A DNA stretch of 46,504 nt, filler included, from Catajapyx aquilonaris (taxonomy: Eukaryota): NCBI GenBank assembly GCA_000934665.2. It is 2 parts of 2 records of this genome, joined end to end, with 100 filler letters (N's around TTAATTAATTAA, not from the genome) between each part and the next. Parts side by side here need not be neighbours in the genome. Positions count along the whole stretch, not along the records: positions 1 to 23,285 come from JYFJ02005739.1; 1 more part is not named here. The stretch is one strand, 5' to 3'. Both the position numbers and the translations under genes were made by a program. Shown piece after piece: positions 11,001 through 22,675 of this stretch. Below the pieces are notes generated by a model. The model was not told the DNA's origin and did not search any database. It saw only the letters and a program-made list of their open reading frames with translations. How positions within the stretch are numbered: the stretch's first letter is position 1; each line of letters opens with the position of its first letter.

Positions 11001-14000
11001 CATCCTTTGCTTTCTTCTTGCTCTCCCGCTTGCCGTTCGCCTTGCTATTCTTCTCCATCCTGTCACCACCGGTCGATTCTTTTACCTCCTTGGGGATACT
11101 TGAAATCCAATCACCACCTCCGCACATCATCTGGGACAAGTTTGGTGACCCAGACATTTCATTCCTAATGGTCACATGTACGTTGTTATCTTCTCCACCG
11201 AAGATATGCCTGGGTTCTTCCAGGAAATTCAACCCCACTGAGCGTTCATACCCAATCGTTAGACGCTTGGCACCTGTGCCATCCCAAACATTCTTTGGTT
11301 CATCCTGGTTGGGTATGCAGTTTCCACGTTTGTTACTCTGATTGACCAGTTGCTCCAAACAGTGGCCAGAATAAGTCAGGATCTCGGAATTGCTGGCCTC
11401 CTCTGCTACCCTGGCCTGAGAAAAGGTACCAATGTGACCCTCCACCAGCGAGAATGCCTGGCACTCCAGTAGAAACTGAACCATGCCTGGAAGGTAGGAA
11501 CCCAAGTAGTGCTTGACTGATTTCCCATTCTCAGCAGAAGTCCCTTTACTACACTCCAACAACTTCATCACAGGGGCTCTATATTATATTCTCAAAAAAA
11601 TGTGCAAAACACTCCATTTCACACACACACACACACACACATTGCTGTAGTATTTGCTTGTCACACAAAATACAATCTGACGCCGTGTGATGTTTTGGGA
11701 TATACAAGTTAATTCTTCAGCACAGCTACGCACAAAGTACACAGCAGAATGGAATTAATTTTCCCGTAATGAACTGCTCCCCGCTTCTCCTTTCCCTCAA
11801 TAGTTCAAGGATATTTACAGAAACCTACTGTACCATGGACTTGAACTTGCCGAAGTTGGGGGAAGGTACTGTATTTTTTGAATGAAATGCCATTGAAGTG
11901 GTTGGGATGCATGGTCTGAAGGAATCAAATAAAAGCTGGAGGACAGTATCAGCTCAAGAGCCTTCTCAAATCCACAACATGCCAAAGACTATGTTCTCAA
12001 GCTCACTAGAAACAGCCTAGAAAGCACGAGCATGAACAATAAGCCAAATTTCTTGACCTCCACTGGTTTGCGGAGTATGCAGATTCAACAGACCAATGGG
12101 GTTATTTCACGCTTTTGCTGAGGCCGTTTCTCGTGGGCTTGGGAACACACATTAACTCAGCTCATGCACTTGGTTACACTGCTACAGAATACAGAACCAA
12201 AGGCAAACAATCCAGGAAAGTAATTATCAAGGTTGCTTATTCTAAAGCCCAAATAGAAGAAATACAGGTGAGGCCATTCAAGTGCACCTCTCATATAAAT
12301 GCATCTTGTAAGCCAAATGCTAATATGCATCTAAATTATCACAAGCAATGAAGAAATGAGCAGATATCTGTATGATCAGAAATCCTGAAAGTGTTTTCCA
12401 CGCGAAATTGATGACCTGTCCCTTCCGAGTTAAGACGTAAGATATAAACACTTTAAATTCCACGTCACATTATTACGATTCTGGTAATGAAAATATGGAC
12501 CACTTCTGTCCCTGCCTCTCGAGAATAGACCAATGATGCAGTAAAAAGATCGAGTAACACTCACTGCAGTTTCATCAATTACTTTTTACGGAAATTGGTC
12601 AGTGGACCAAAGTAACCTGATCCGTGTCTAACTTTATCCCATATTTTCAGACACAGGCGAAATATAGAAGTATTCATTGCAAATGCGTTCAAAGTGGTCC
12701 TAATGCGAAAGCTGACAACCTGTTAATAAATGCAGAAAAATGGCCAACATTACAGATACATCACTCACCACCAGAGCGCATCAGAATATTCCTAGCCGGT
12801 TCCGGCATGTTTTCCACCTCCTCCTTCAACTTCACATCATCCACTTCCAGTGGCCCGTTGCTTTTCAAGAAATCGAAGAAGAAGCTATCCAGAAGAAAGA
12901 AATCAAGTCAGATCTACATATCTGTGATTCAGATCCCTGCAGTCACCCATTTTTTTCATGATGCTATTTCCACAAATTTTGCAGGAGATGCACTGAGATA
13001 TCTTCAGTACCAAATTACAACATATCAATGTGAAATGGTCACATTCGCTAGCTTGCACAGTAGTCCCAATCGTTGGCATGTTATTACTTTCAAAAATGTT
13101 CCCTTTTACTTAGGATGCCACTGCCCAGGACGTACTTGATGCAGGGATCTACTTTGAATTACAATATATTCTTTGATATAATTACGAGTATAGGTTTTCT
13201 CGGATCATCCTATCCTCAGGAGAATCATCCGGATGCGGTTCAAATAACAAGAGCAGATCCTCTTCTGGTTCAGGAACAAACTAAACACAAAAGCAAAAAT
13301 AATGGTTAGAATGGCGATCTAGTGTAAGATCTCAAAACATTCTCCTAACATTGCCACTGAAGCAAAAATACTCACTTCATGAATTCTACTCAGTGCGGGC
13401 CAGTCTTTAGTTTTTTCCTTAGCGTAATCAAAGTCGTGTTCCGTGTCATCATCAGAATCATCTTCATCAGTGCTGTGGACAAAAAACAGGCAAGTAACGT
13501 TACCACCACTTTGAAAACTTTCATTGTCAGTGTTTCAGAATATTTTCCTACCAATGACTTGTCTCAATTTTATTGCAGCATTTTATAAAGCATATTTTAA
13601 ACTATCCATTCCCAGCTCATTTGCCTCTAACCACCATAAATTTTAAGGAAAGTTGTAGTTAATAACGTTAGGTGTAATGTGACATTCTCTTTTAATACAC
13701 TGATGCTGGTATTGAAAAAGTTCTAGTTAAGAAACCTTGTGATTTTCCTATTTAAATATTGCCACAAGTAATGGTAAATGCAGCTAAGAAGTAGACAGAA
13801 GCACCAATTCTTTTTTCCTTGCACTATAACCAGGTTAGGGGAATATTTCTAGTGACGTCACTTTTTAGATACCAGCGATCCAAGCTGACACATTTTGTGC
13901 AATACCTCACAATCTTTATATTTGGGGACAGTAGACTTGAAAACAAAAACTCATCTCAAACGACCAACACTCACATGCACACGTCATTCCCATTGGCCTT

Positions 14001-17000
14001 GCTTTCCACTTTCTGCCTGAAAGTCTCAAGATCCACAGGCTTCTCTCTCTCCTTTTTCTTCTTGTTGGCATGACGTTTGGTCTGTAAAGGACAGGTCAAA
14101 GTTTATGCAACCCTCGGCTTATAAGCACACTCAACAACATTCCTTCATCGCCTTGCTTTCTCACCTTTGTACTTTCACTGGTCTTCAACACATACTCAAC
14201 GTAATTTTCAACTGAGGGGTATTCTGGACTTTCATCCTCTTTGGTATGAACTTCCTCACTAAGTTTAAAGAGGAAAAGATACATCAATTCACATTGGCAC
14301 CAGGCAAGTTCACCAGAAAATCACTTTTGCAACTTTTTAGTTAATTTGAGAAAAGGAACCATGTTTTACTTATGAAGAAGTGCTCTTGATGGATAGATTA
14401 CATCCAGAATATCTGCCCACTGCTATTTCCCTTTAAGTAAGATCCTCTCCCCATTCCAAGATTTGTCGCTTAGTCACAAGTCATTAAGAAACTCAACTCA
14501 CTTTTTGTAACTACTCTTTCTGTTTCTGCTGCCACACCTGGAGTCATCACTGACATTGGATGAGAGGTCAGAATTTACACGCTGGCGGGAAAGTTTGGAG
14601 ACCACACAGGAACTGTCAAGGGGCTGGCTCTGCAACTGTGTATGTGGATAAGTGTACATGCACCTGGCTGGTTAATTTCTTAGATAAAAGCCACGCATTT
14701 CCAAGTTTGACACTGAATTGACATTTCATGCAACATTTTGGCATACTAGTAAAATCTACTGCTGCAATGATGAATTATCAGTTTCAAAATCAAACCCTAC
14801 ATAGCGCAAACACAGCAGTTAATGATTGCTTTAAACGCCGTTACACTGGTTTTTCATCACGTATAAAAATTGAGTGCCTGGCTACTTCAAATGCCATTTA
14901 CACACAGACCAAATGTCTTCTGATGACAATGACAATTCATTACCTCCTCACTGTCACTAACTGTGTCCTGTCTGTGCCTCCTCCTCTCGCACTCTTCCTT
15001 CTTCTTTAGCTTTTCCTGTGCTTCTCTCTTTTTCTCTGCCCTGAGTCAAACAAGACAAATTGTTAGTTGACAATAATATTCAACAAAATAATGAGAATGA
15101 AAAATAATCACAATGTTCAAGTCCCTTGTACAAAATTATGCGTCTCGTTCAGCCTGTTATCATGTCAATTTAGCACCTACTACAAAGCACACTTGTACTA
15201 CAACAGTAAAACTTTCACTTACTTCCTTTGCTCCTTTACTGATGGCTTTGGCTCCACTCCAGGATATTGAACTTTCACCTTCCCATCAGAATCTATGACT
15301 TTAATGTGAATTATGGTTGAGGGATGTTGCCCGTTTACTTTGCAGTCAGGAGTGACACAGTTCTGGCCCAAGAATTCCTGGAAATAATGACAGTTATCAA
15401 TTACTTATCCCAGATATTATCATCAGCAATTATTTGAACTAACATATTATGATCTAACACATCACTTACCTTATCAGTGACCTTAATAATGTCGCTATGC
15501 CTCTCCTTCCAAGCCTTCCAGCACTGGATGTGAAACTGGACCTTGCAGTTCTCCTGGCATGTCACCTCCACAAAACCCTTAAAGTCAGGGTCACTAAAAA
15601 ATCAACATCAATCTGTTACCAGAATCGGACACAATAAAAACATTATGAAAAAAATGGCAAACAGGCTCCAGTTATAATTTGTTGTTTTTAAGGCAACCAT
15701 TGCATTAAATTAGAACTTATTACACCTAGTAGTAGCCAAGGATGCTCCAGCAAATCAGTTATATTTCTCACCTGTAAAATATTTCATTAGATGGCATAAA
15801 ATGATGGCTGATGGTGGTGCAATCATCAAAGCGGCAAATGGCATCTGGACGGCTATTGATTTCATGAAGAGCAGATTGGACCAATTCCTGTTTGAATAAA
15901 AAGGGCCTTTAAGTTTAACATATAATTTCATGAGTCACTCACATGTCCCAAGCACAGGTTCCAAGATGCATGCCATGACTTCACATAGCACAGTAATCTA
16001 TATGATTTCCTGCCATGTATCAATGTCAACTTACCTCAAACTCCTGAACAGAACCAGTTCCTTCAACCACTTTAGATGATTGCGGCCACGTCACTTGAGT
16101 AATTTTTAAGCCTTGGGATGTCATTTCCAGGCACGACTCCAGCACCATTTTGGCATCCCTATACCTGTTCAGCTTTTTATAAGCATATCCCAGAATGTAG
16201 TTACGCAGTAGTCCATGCCCATTCTTCTGACTTAAGCCCTCTTTAGTATTTTCCACAGCCTTACGAACTGATTCATATTCCCCATGCATCACATTTGCTA
16301 TGGCACAGGCATATTTAAAGCTGCTCAAGTCACTCTCTGACAACTTTATCACCTGCAAAAATTTGAAGAAACATTAGGTACGGCGCAAATTGGCAACAAA
16401 ATAAAATAAAATAACTAGGAAAATAAAGCAACTAACCTTTTTCCCATCATCATTATATAAACTGAAGGCTTGATTATATTTCTCAGAAGCTACCCTATAG
16501 TTGCTTTTTTCCATGGCCGTGAAGGCTTCAGCGAGCAAGGCCTGAAACCTCTGCACAAGAAAATAAAATGGGTGTTAATGATATTACAACAACTACAGAC
16601 AACGATATGTTCGAACCTTCCATTGCCTAAATTTATTCATTTACCAATGTGTTTCACTACAAAATGAGCAGCAGTTCTTATGATACATTCTTACCATTAT
16701 ATAAACGTTACTGGTAGTTTTCTTGCGCTCAACCTTGGGCACAGGAGGGGGAGTCCCCCGCTGCAGCTCTGCCTTGGGTACACCTTCATTGTACTCTCCA
16801 CATATGCTGCGGGATCTGGACCTGCGCTTGCTTCTGCTACCACTCCTTTTCCGATCTTCAGAGCTGCTTCTCGATGATCTATGAGACCCTACCGCAGGTG
16901 GACATGGTGGGGGTGGCATTACTTGAGGAGACGACATTTTGGAAAGATGGCCATCTGATTTGGGCTTCTTTTCTTCATTTTTGGTAATGGTTTCACACTT

Positions 17001-19636
17001 CTGACTTCCACTGAATAAAGCAAGGCCTTTCAAGGCTTCCAGTGGCTCTGAGGTAATAGTAACAACATCCCCATAGGGTACATCATCACTTGCAAAAAGG
17101 TTCGAGGCTGCACTTGCATTGGCATTTTCACCATCGACACTTGCTAACCCCATTTTATGATCTGCGACGTTTGATTGTGCAATACCCAATTTCCCTGCAG
17201 CAGAAGCACATCCAGCTTCTTTCTCACTCACAGCACAATCTCCATTACTTTCAACTGTATGATTCTGTACTGGTTCTTCTAATGCGACACGTTTATTTTC
17301 CATGCCCTCTATGCCCTTCCCAGATTCTTCTTCTGCAGCAGGAGTTTCACTTGTGTCAGATCCCTCAATTCCATTTTCTTCCATCCTTAGTAAATTTGGT
17401 AAAAAGCCACTAGAAAGTTTAGTATACAGCTCCTCAAGCTGCTCCACATTATCAGTTTTTAACTTTCCTTTCACTAGCAACTTTTTCGCATACAGTAAGT
17501 TTTGTAAAGCAAAGGCTGACTTAATTCCAAGGGCATATGCATCCCCCATTGTTGGCCTGATTTTAATTGCGTCCTTGCTATGTTGTAAAGCTAACTGATG
17601 TTTACCAAGGATGAGGTAGGCTTCCCCAATCTTGACATGAAGGTCTGGGTCATTTGGTTCTGTATCCATGCCTGTGAGTTATAATAAAATGAGATCAGTT
17701 TTTTTTACCCCTTCTCATTATACACTTGGGTGTGGTGACAATACAAAATGTGTTAAACATAAACTAATATTTACCCATGTGAACTATCGAAATTTTAAGG
17801 AATCTCAAATTCAACATGTTGAAAGTGCATTGAATATCAAGGATGAAAAGAACACGCTGATTCCAGATGGTGAGAGTTCAGCACAGCACCAATGGAGAGG
17901 AACACTGTTACAGCTTACCCTTGCAACAGTAGCAATATTTTCACAGATCAATGATTAGCAACAGGTACTTGCCCAATGCCAAAGGAGTTCTCCCAGCTCG
18001 AAAATTACCTGTATATCGATATGACAAAAACTAATTTGTCGAGAATGCCTTAATCCCACAACTTAATGTTAATGAGGCATGTGGAAGAGTGACATTGGGG
18101 CGAGACCTCAAGGCATTCATCAATAAATCAAGTAGAATAGGACAATATTTATGCAGTACCCTTCATGACAATGGAGTTCGCCCAGAAAGCGAAATGCACC
18201 GCAAAGTTCACCCACTGTCAAATACAGTGATGTTGTCTCGGTTGAGGAAAATAGTTCAGTTCTCTTGCTCTGTGCCACCATGCCATAATGCATTGCACTG
18301 TGTCTGTCACAATCTCGGGGCAATGGTAAGCCCATTCCTCCAGAGGAACCACTGAGACAATATGGAAAATCATAAGATGTTCTAGACTACAGGAAACACC
18401 CCAGTCCAAAGTACCCCCGATGCTGGTTCCGGGGGCCTGGGGCTTCGGCTCCGGTTCTTCCTTGGGACAATATTGATTGGAAGATTTTGCTTGCCCCGGC
18501 CCCAGACTGTATGGGTCTGGGAACCGGACTTTGTAGGTTTGTTGCCCACAGGTGGTAAGGCCTCTTTGGCTAATTACACCTGCAATTCTGTTTATCTATA
18601 GTCCAAAGCACCCCGAGGGCCAAACTACAGAATGTTTGGGGCATCACCACCCCAGGACTTGTTCAACACAATGTCGCATCATGTGAAGGCCGTCATTGCT
18701 GCACATGAGACCCGGTTCTAGGTGAACTTTGTGGTGCATTAAGAGCTTTGGGCAAACTCCATTGTCGTGCAAGGTACGGCATAAATATTGCCCACTCCAT
18801 CTTGATCCCCTGATGAATGCCCCCAACATTACTCTTCCACGTGCCTCATTAATTTAATACAAGTTGGGCAATTAAAACATTATTAATTTTCTACTTATTC
18901 GTATTTGTCACATGGGCATGCAGGTGATTTTTGTGTTAGGTGAACTTCTTTTACATTGGGAAAGTAGAAGGTGAATCTATGTCCTGAGTCCAGCTATTAA
19001 TACAAAATCTTGTAACAGACATCCTCCATTAGCCATCACAAACATACCCTCATGTTTATATTCAGCAGAACCAGACCAATGCCGCAGAAAACAAAACAAA
19101 ACAAAAATTATACCTAATGCAATGTGGAAAATTTATCCAAGGGTTAGGCATATAAAGGTGAGTTCTGATGAATAAGACAATCCTTCCAATCTATCCATTC
19201 GCACCACAACTTGTCCCTAATTGAAGAGTAAGCCAGCTATAACAAAAGAATTGCAAGAATTACATGCTGCATTCCTCATCAGCTCACATCCAGGAAGTAA
19301 TTCTTGCAATTCTTTTGTTATCACTGGTTACCCCTTCAATTAGGGACAAGTGGTGATGTAAACAGACAATGAATTCATGTTGAAAATATGTATCAGCTTC
19401 AGTCGAACTGGGTTTTTAGCAAGTTTCACATTCCTGCTTTTGCCCATGGAAGACATCCAATCACTAAACACTAAGAAAGCATTCTTTGCATGCCTTCTGC
19501 AGTACACTTATTACAAAAAGGCATGCACAGGATGCCACAGGGATTGAAGCTCACCTTTGCAATAAGCAGCAATAGCATCTTCATATTTTTTTGAGGCCAA
19601 GCACTCATCTACTTCTTCCTTGAATGAGTCTGCCAT
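2640..19636 (-). CDS. TTC3: E3 ubiquitin-protein ligase TTC3/DZIP3-like (TPR, TTC3/DZIP3 Cys-rich domain, winged-helix-like segment, coiled coil, RRM, RING-H2); 27 coding exons, about 1,779 aa
   Basis: Manually spliced at GT/AG sites with consistent phases (5,340 nt). Exons: 19636-19555, 17671-16695, 16550-16437, 16352-16035, 15887-15772, 15593-15470, 15377-15223, 15040-14944, 14635-14502, 14258-14165, 14081-13975, 13472-13376, 13280-13186, 12884-12769, 11486-10831, 10665-10471, 9990-9794, 7320-6996, 5762-5363, 4355-4293, 4198-4098, 3878-3738, 3650-3520, 3351-3259, 3195-3083, 3023-2812, 2726-2640. Motifs include DPDFKGFVEVTCQENCKVQFHIQCWK, LYSFFFDFLKSNGPL...SGGMVQFLLECQAF and a terminal RING-H2. 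The exon at 19666 is open upstream of this ATG, so the true start may lie in an upstream exon (ATG|GT at 21392-21390). Confidence 0.88.
3520..4198 (-). CDS. TTC3: RRM domain of the TTC3-like gene (exons 4198-4098, 3878-3738, 3650-3520)
   Basis: HEIFVGTLPNEWAKKDVEDFFSKYGRIEAVYV...VNFAIVTFFKTESAQRVLADRPIAVGKHTLSVRPR, with RNP2 (IFVGTL) and RNP1-like (NFAIVTF) motifs. Confidence 0.82.
4521..4777. mobile_element. MITE with 8-bp TSD and CAAGG termini (P-element-like or hAT-like)
   Basis: TIR CAAGGGGGTAG(T/C)CACTTC, 17/18 match (4521-4538 / 4760-4777); perfect TSD CAATGCCA at 4513-4520 and 4778-4785. Confidence 0.85.
5893..6797. mobile_element. Small fold-back MITE split by a Harbinger insertion
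   Basis: AGAGCATCACTGGTGAGTCTCTCATGGAGCAT (from about 5898) is inverted at about 6762-6794; removing 5940-6717 restores the palindrome. Confidence 0.75.
5940..6714. mobile_element. Internally deleted PIF/Harbinger transposon with MADF and transposase-start remnants
   Basis: About 35-bp TIR GCCCATTCACACAGGCC(G/A)TCGACGGTTTTGGTTT; TAA TSD 5937-5939 / 6715-6717; plus strand from ATG 6219 reads MAATVDDGRDKALIDEV*RCSLLYEMGKAEYRNKGKREKAW (MADF-like). Confidence 0.85.
7419..7701. mobile_element. piggyBac-like MITE
   Basis: TTAA at both ends (7415-7418, 7702-7705); TIR CCCTGGAACC(G/A)TGC. Confidence 0.8.
7895..8008. repeat. 74-bp hairpin followed by an (ATT)n microsatellite
   Basis: GTAAATGCACAGTGGAGCACA...TGTGCTCCACTGTGCATTTAC (7895-7968), then about 13 ATT units. 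Confidence 0.8.
8783..9104 (+). mobile_element. tRNA-derived SINE, family 1
   Basis: A box GTGGTGCAGCGG, B box GGTTCGAACCC; flanking duplication AATATTAA(A/G)TTATTA at 8768 / 9105; homologous to 40110-40283 and 41490-41806. Confidence 0.85.
9414..9723. mobile_element. Tc1/mariner-type MITE
   Basis: TA-flanked; long TIR CAGGGTGTTAATCC(C/T)AAGC...GGTAGAGGGCGCAGGTGTGAGCATTTTTGCAT. Confidence 0.85.
10831..11486 (-). CDS. TTC3: TTC3-like internal exon (656 nt)
   Basis: Acceptor ccttccag|GC joins ...ILMRSG to GMVQFLLECQAFSLVEGHIG; donor AAG|gttag at 10830. Confidence 0.82.
11610..11641. repeat. (CA)n microsatellite
   Basis: Direct observation; intronic. Confidence 0.85.
15223..15887 (-). CDS. 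TTC3: TTC3-like exons (15887-15772, 15593-15470, 15377-15223) encoding the Cys-rich TTC3/DZIP3 domain
   Basis: AICRFDDC...EIFYSDPDFKGFVEVTCQENCKVQFHIQCWKAWK...DKEFLGQNCVTPDC; not shown in the ORF track because the exons are short. Confidence 0.85.
16695..17671 (-). CDS. TTC3: TTC3-like large exon: N-terminal TPR repeats followed by a low-complexity Ser/Arg-rich linker
   Basis: 342-aa ORF; with the previous exon it reads KYEDAIAAYCKGMDTEPNDPDLHVKIGEAYLILGKHQLALQHSKDAIKIRPTMGDAY, which fits the TPR consensus; AG acceptor at 17673-17672, GT donor at 16694. Confidence 0.88.
17968..18964. mobile_element. Old MITE or fold-back element with diverged TIRs of about 250 bp
   Basis: 17968-18212 is the diverged reverse complement of 18721-18964 (for example TTAATGAGGCATGTGGAAGAGT / ACTCTTCCACGTGCCTCATTAA); TA at both ends. 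Confidence 0.7.
19205..19356. repeat. Palindromic element of about 150 bp
   Basis: TTGTCCCTAATTGAAG...ATAACAAAAGAATTGCAAGAATTAC is mirrored as GTAATTCTTGCAATTCTTTTGTTAT...CTTCAATTAGGGACAA. Confidence 0.8.
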
Positions 19637-19785
19637 GTTTTGTGCAGGAATCTGAGAATCACTCACCTGTAAATGAGCAGAAACATGAGCAACAACAAGA
19701 ATGGCGACAACTAATATTAAAACGTAACTTTTAAATAACTATTGCGTGGTAAATTTCTTGATATATGACATGTAAACTATATATA

Positions 19786-20173
19786 CAGGGTGGTCCAAGT
19801 TCAAGTGTCGTTTTATAACGGCGATTAATAGCAGTGATTTTGCGATGACGCAGCAGCAACGTATAAAATGGCCCATTTCGGCGCCATCGAAAATATTAGC
19901 TGCCAATAGCAGCACACATGTAATGAACCCTGCTGCTGGGTTGACCTGGAAAAAAGTAGATGCACACATGACCTGAGATTGCCTGAGATGCGCCTGGGTA
20001 AAATGGGCGACGCCCAAGGCACCAGATGGACCTGAAATGCAAGGGGGAAGCCTGCAAACGAAACAAAGCTAATATTTCCGATGGCGCCGAAGTGGGCATT
20101 TTACACATCGCTGCTACGTCAATCGTTCTATTAATAGCTGTTATAAAACGACACATGAACTTGGACCACCCTG
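19786..20173. mobile_element. Tc1/mariner-type MITE (same family as 45009-45402)
   Basis: TA TSD; TIR CAGGGTGGTCCAAGTTCA(A/T)GTGTCGTTTTATAAC; near-identical copy at 45009. Confidence 0.9.
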
Positions 20174-20912
20174 TATAAATAATGCGCACAGCAGGTTCAT
20201 AACTCACTTTGCCTAAGAGACTATGCATCAACATGACAGTACTGTATACACCTAGCAACAACTTGTCCAAAGTCCTCATAACAACCGAGATTAATGTTCT
20301 CACAAGAGAGGATAGTAACATTACAGCTAAACAGGTGGATATTTCACATGTCTTATCTTGCAGTTATGTTAGGTTATGCTAAGGTTTCTGTACTGTAACA
20401 GACCCCTCCTTCTCACATGGAAGGCACTGGCATAAATGTTTCAACAGGTGGCAGATGGCATCATATTCGAAAAACTAGCAGTAGTTCTTCACATTATTAT
20501 TAATTCTGATCAACAAATGTTGCCAGGAGATTACTCGCTTTTTTTTTGCCTGGATGTGCGGCAAGGTATACTCTCGTCTGTCTCTCCAGCTGATGTTAAA
20601 CTGGCATAGAAGCTGGGAATGTTCAGTGTTGGGGGATAAAAGGTAGTAAGGGACAACAGGGGCAGCAGTCCAGGCCTGTAATCGATTGTGCCACTAGATG
20701 CAGTTAGGCTACACAAAACTGCAAACAATCCGTTCAAGAAATTGTGTCACGGGTAGATGTCTAATTTTACAGCCCAGATTATTAATGAAGCCCGATATTG
20801 CTAACACTGAAGCATGTGCCTCCATGATTCCCCATCGAAATCTCCAATCTGGAAAACTGCATACTGGACAACTGGCGATGTGCAAGTGCAGATGTTATTA
20901 ACATTGCTAAGT

Positions 20913-21143
20913 CAGTGGTTCCCAAACTTTTTTTGGTCGCGGCCCACCTAACGAGCCAGTTACACCTGGTCACCTCCCACGCAAAGGGAGCATGTGTATG
21001 CTTTCTGTGTTAAGAACTAAGCCGCGTGCAGAATGTTTTTCTTCTTTTTTACGTACTGTGCTCTTGGTCCTCATTTCGCCAGATCATTTTATAGTTTACA
21101 AAAAAAAAATTAAAGCTGGCGGCCCACAGTTTGGGAACCACTG
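20913..21143. mobile_element. hAT (Charlie-like) MITE
   Basis: TIR CAGTGGTTCCCAAACT / AGTTTGGGAACCACTG; 8-bp flanks only partly conserved. Confidence 0.8.
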
Positions 21144-21795
21144 CTTTAAGCTAACTCAGATTTGCCAGAGTCCTTTATTATAGGGGATGCCTCAACAATC
21201 ACAAAATCAGAATTTAGCAACATGTAAAAAAATGTAATCCTTGGACACTTACACAGATGTCAGATATTTAGCAATTGTGTTTAGTTATTAATTTGCTCAC
21301 TTAAAACGTAGTTTAAAAAATTCAACAAATTACGCAGGCCTGTGTGTCTCGGTTAACAACATACAACCAAAATATTGGCTATCATTTACCATCGCCTTTA
21401 TAAAAATTAAATTTGGGAGTTCGATTTCCTTGGATGGAGAAGCAAGTACGCCGAAGCACATTTTTGTATTAACTGTTCCACAATATAGTACCAATCCAGC
21501 CAGAGGCAACCATTTTTTTAAAAGAATTCCCCTACTTCACCATTTAAAAAAAAAAAAAAAAAATCGCCCACCTCGCACATTCGTATCTTTCGTTCCGACC
21601 TGTCTATCTCCCCGATAATCCGTCGATCCACCAGATCATGTCACCCTTTCCAAACAAAGGACGTCTCTCTCTCTAGCTCCGTCCCCTATCTTATCAACAA
21701 ACACCCCCCCCTCCCCCTCAACACTCTCTCTCCTCCCATCTCGGCCCAGGGTCCTGCCCCTAGAGCAGCCCCCCAATGCCCACCCACCCACAGAG

Positions 21796-22044
21796 TATAT
21801 AACATCCGCACCCACCTGTGCCAACCGGCCTCTTTGTTTGTTGTGACGGGCGAGAGAAGCGGCGCCACAGCAGGAGGAACCTTCTCTGTCCGGTCTGGAA
21901 GAGGCGCTGTTTCGTATCTGCCGAATCTTTGCGGACTGTTCGGTTCGGGGGGGAAAAAAAGTCTGCTCTCCGAAGCTTACTAGTCTTGGCTGGCAGGTGG
22001 CGGATCAGTCAAGGCGGAGCGGGAACGAACAAAGAAGCCGTTGG
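21796..22044 (+). ncRNA. Candidate structured non-coding RNA, copy 2, divergent from the TTC3-like 5' region (alternatively a solo LTR, 21639-22117)
   Basis: TATATAA at 21796; about 20-bp closing stem 21821-21842 / 22024-22044; motifs shared with 1762-1883; AATAAA twice at about 22094-22112. Confidence 0.38.
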
Positions 22045-22119
22045 AACATATTGGGATGTCACTGACGCTGCCACTATTATTTTCAGGCTGAATAATAAAC
22101 CGGTAAAATAAATAACACT

Positions 22120-22381
22120 ATAGAGGAGTTGTTTTTTTTACGAGCGCAACCGAGTGCGCACCCACACTCGCGCAGCTCCTCTGTCACAGCATCGTTACTC
22201 CTCCCCACTCCCCAGGATAGCTTTGGCAATGCCGCAAACGTAACCCATAGTTTCCGCCAACCGTAGTGTTGGAAATAAGTGCAGCGTAGTACCCTACGCA
22301 ATCATTGATAATGCCAACCGTGCACCCCGTGCGAACTGTGGTGCGCACTCGGTTGCGCATGCTTTTAAAAAATCATCTGTA
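22120..22381. mobile_element. MITE-like inverted-repeat element
   Basis: GCGCAACCGAGTGCGCACC (22144) / GGTGCGCACTCGGTTGCGC (22340). Confidence 0.6.
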
Positions 22382-22383
22382 GC

Positions 22384-22675
22384 AGGAAGCCCGTTCTTCC
22401 CACGGCCGCCTCCTATCAAACAAAACAAACGCTGCCATGGAGACCCGTCGCGAGTCGCCATAGATACAAACAAACAAGCAAACTTTGCCTTTTATATTAT
22501 GTAAGATAATTGGTAATTCCAACTGCGCGAACTATGGTGCGCACCCATAATAGCTGGCGGAAGACAGGTTATCAAACAAACAAAACAAACAAACACGCTG
22601 CCATGCGGAGACCGCAATGGGCAAATAAACAAACAAATTCCCCTTCATATATTATGATTGTAAGGTAAGATAATT
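22384..22675. repeat. Diverged tandem duplication of (CAAA)n-containing units resembling Helentron/Lep1-type element ends
   Basis: Two copies of TATCAAACAAA...ACGCTGCCATG...AAACAAACAA...TATATTATG...GTAAGATAATT. Confidence 0.45.

Noticed and set aside
11487..11571. 5' part of ORF 10798-11571
   Set aside because: Homology pattern and phase place the acceptor at 11486; the upstream part is intron
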